Positions 63,498 through 64,000 of a stretch of 64,000 bases of DNA are shown one piece after another; the stretch's first letter is position 1, and each line of letters begins with the position of its first letter. The notes below the pieces were generated by a model, which did no database searches, was not told the DNA's origin, and was given only the letters and a program-made list of their open reading frames with translations. Origin of the DNA: Callorhinchus milii (lineage: Eukaryota). Made by a program: the position numbers and the translations under genes. The stretch spans positions 77,254,001 through 77,318,000 of the forward strand of contig NW_024704743.1 in assembly GCF_018977255.1 (NCBI RefSeq), in the 5' to 3' direction.

Positions 63498-63565
63498 TTG
63501 AGAGATCTCGAAGACGTGAAAAGCGCTATATCAAATGCAAAGATTATTATATTATATATATATTA
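63497..63565 (+). mobile_element. SINE 3' tail truncating the CR1
   Basis: tttgagagatctcgaagacgtgaaaagcgctatatcaaatgcaaagattatt. Confidence 0.8.
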
Positions 63566-64000
63566 AATAATGACCAGGGAAAGATGAAGTCACTAGTGTG
63601 GGTAAAGAAGAAATGTGACTGAACATATAAATGTTCGAACGCAGCATATCTCATAAGAACTGTACGCTGTTACACCATGGGTGGGACAGAGACTGCAATA
63701 AAGGACCGTCCATCTGCTTCTTCCCCATGACCTGATTCAATGACCACCCATTGATAGGCCTGCCCATTGTTATCCAGCTAATTTATGCTTCCTTCAATGT
63801 GTCATATCCAACTGGCTTTCAGACATTTACTTTCTGCAGGGAAATTTACCCGAAGTAACACTTACATTTTATTCTCTGATGTATGTTTTTTTAAAAAAAA
63901 GATCAGTCTTTCCTTTTTTAGTGTTCAGCCTGTGCTGTGTTGCTGGAGGCCCAGCCATGGAGTTGAAACAGCCCGATAGTGCCACTAACGTGTATGGGGA

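Noticed and set aside
1..64000. CRISPR arrays, operons, rRNA or prokaryotic defence systems
   Set aside because: The sequence is vertebrate and intron-containing; no regularly spaced repeat-spacer array or rRNA-like sequence was seen.

Overview
Vertebrate genomic DNA, most likely a cartilaginous fish (chimaera/shark-type DeuSINE, L2 and CR1 repeats; this is an inference). The only supportable host coding sequence is the last exon of an AP-2 transcription factor, best matching TFAP2A (608-899, +), followed by its 3' UTR. The remaining ~62 kb is a gene desert of two interleaved components. One is transposon-free blocks that look like conserved enhancers, several carrying the same AP-2 motif GCCCCAGGC. 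The other is dense, often nested retroposon debris: L2 and CR1 LINE fragments, at least four tRNA-derived SINE families including LF-SINE-like copies, and one Tigger/pogo-like MITE. I found no intact novel protein-coding system. Nearly all ORFs in the track are repeat-derived or chance. The best leads are a possible downstream autoregulatory AP-2 enhancer series, a SINE/L2 pair with a covarying shared 3' stem-loop and an apparent tail swap, a multi-layer insertion nest with an inverted junction duplication, and an antisense exon-like unit. Repeat family names come from recalled consensus sequences, not a database search, and repeat boundaries are approximate.
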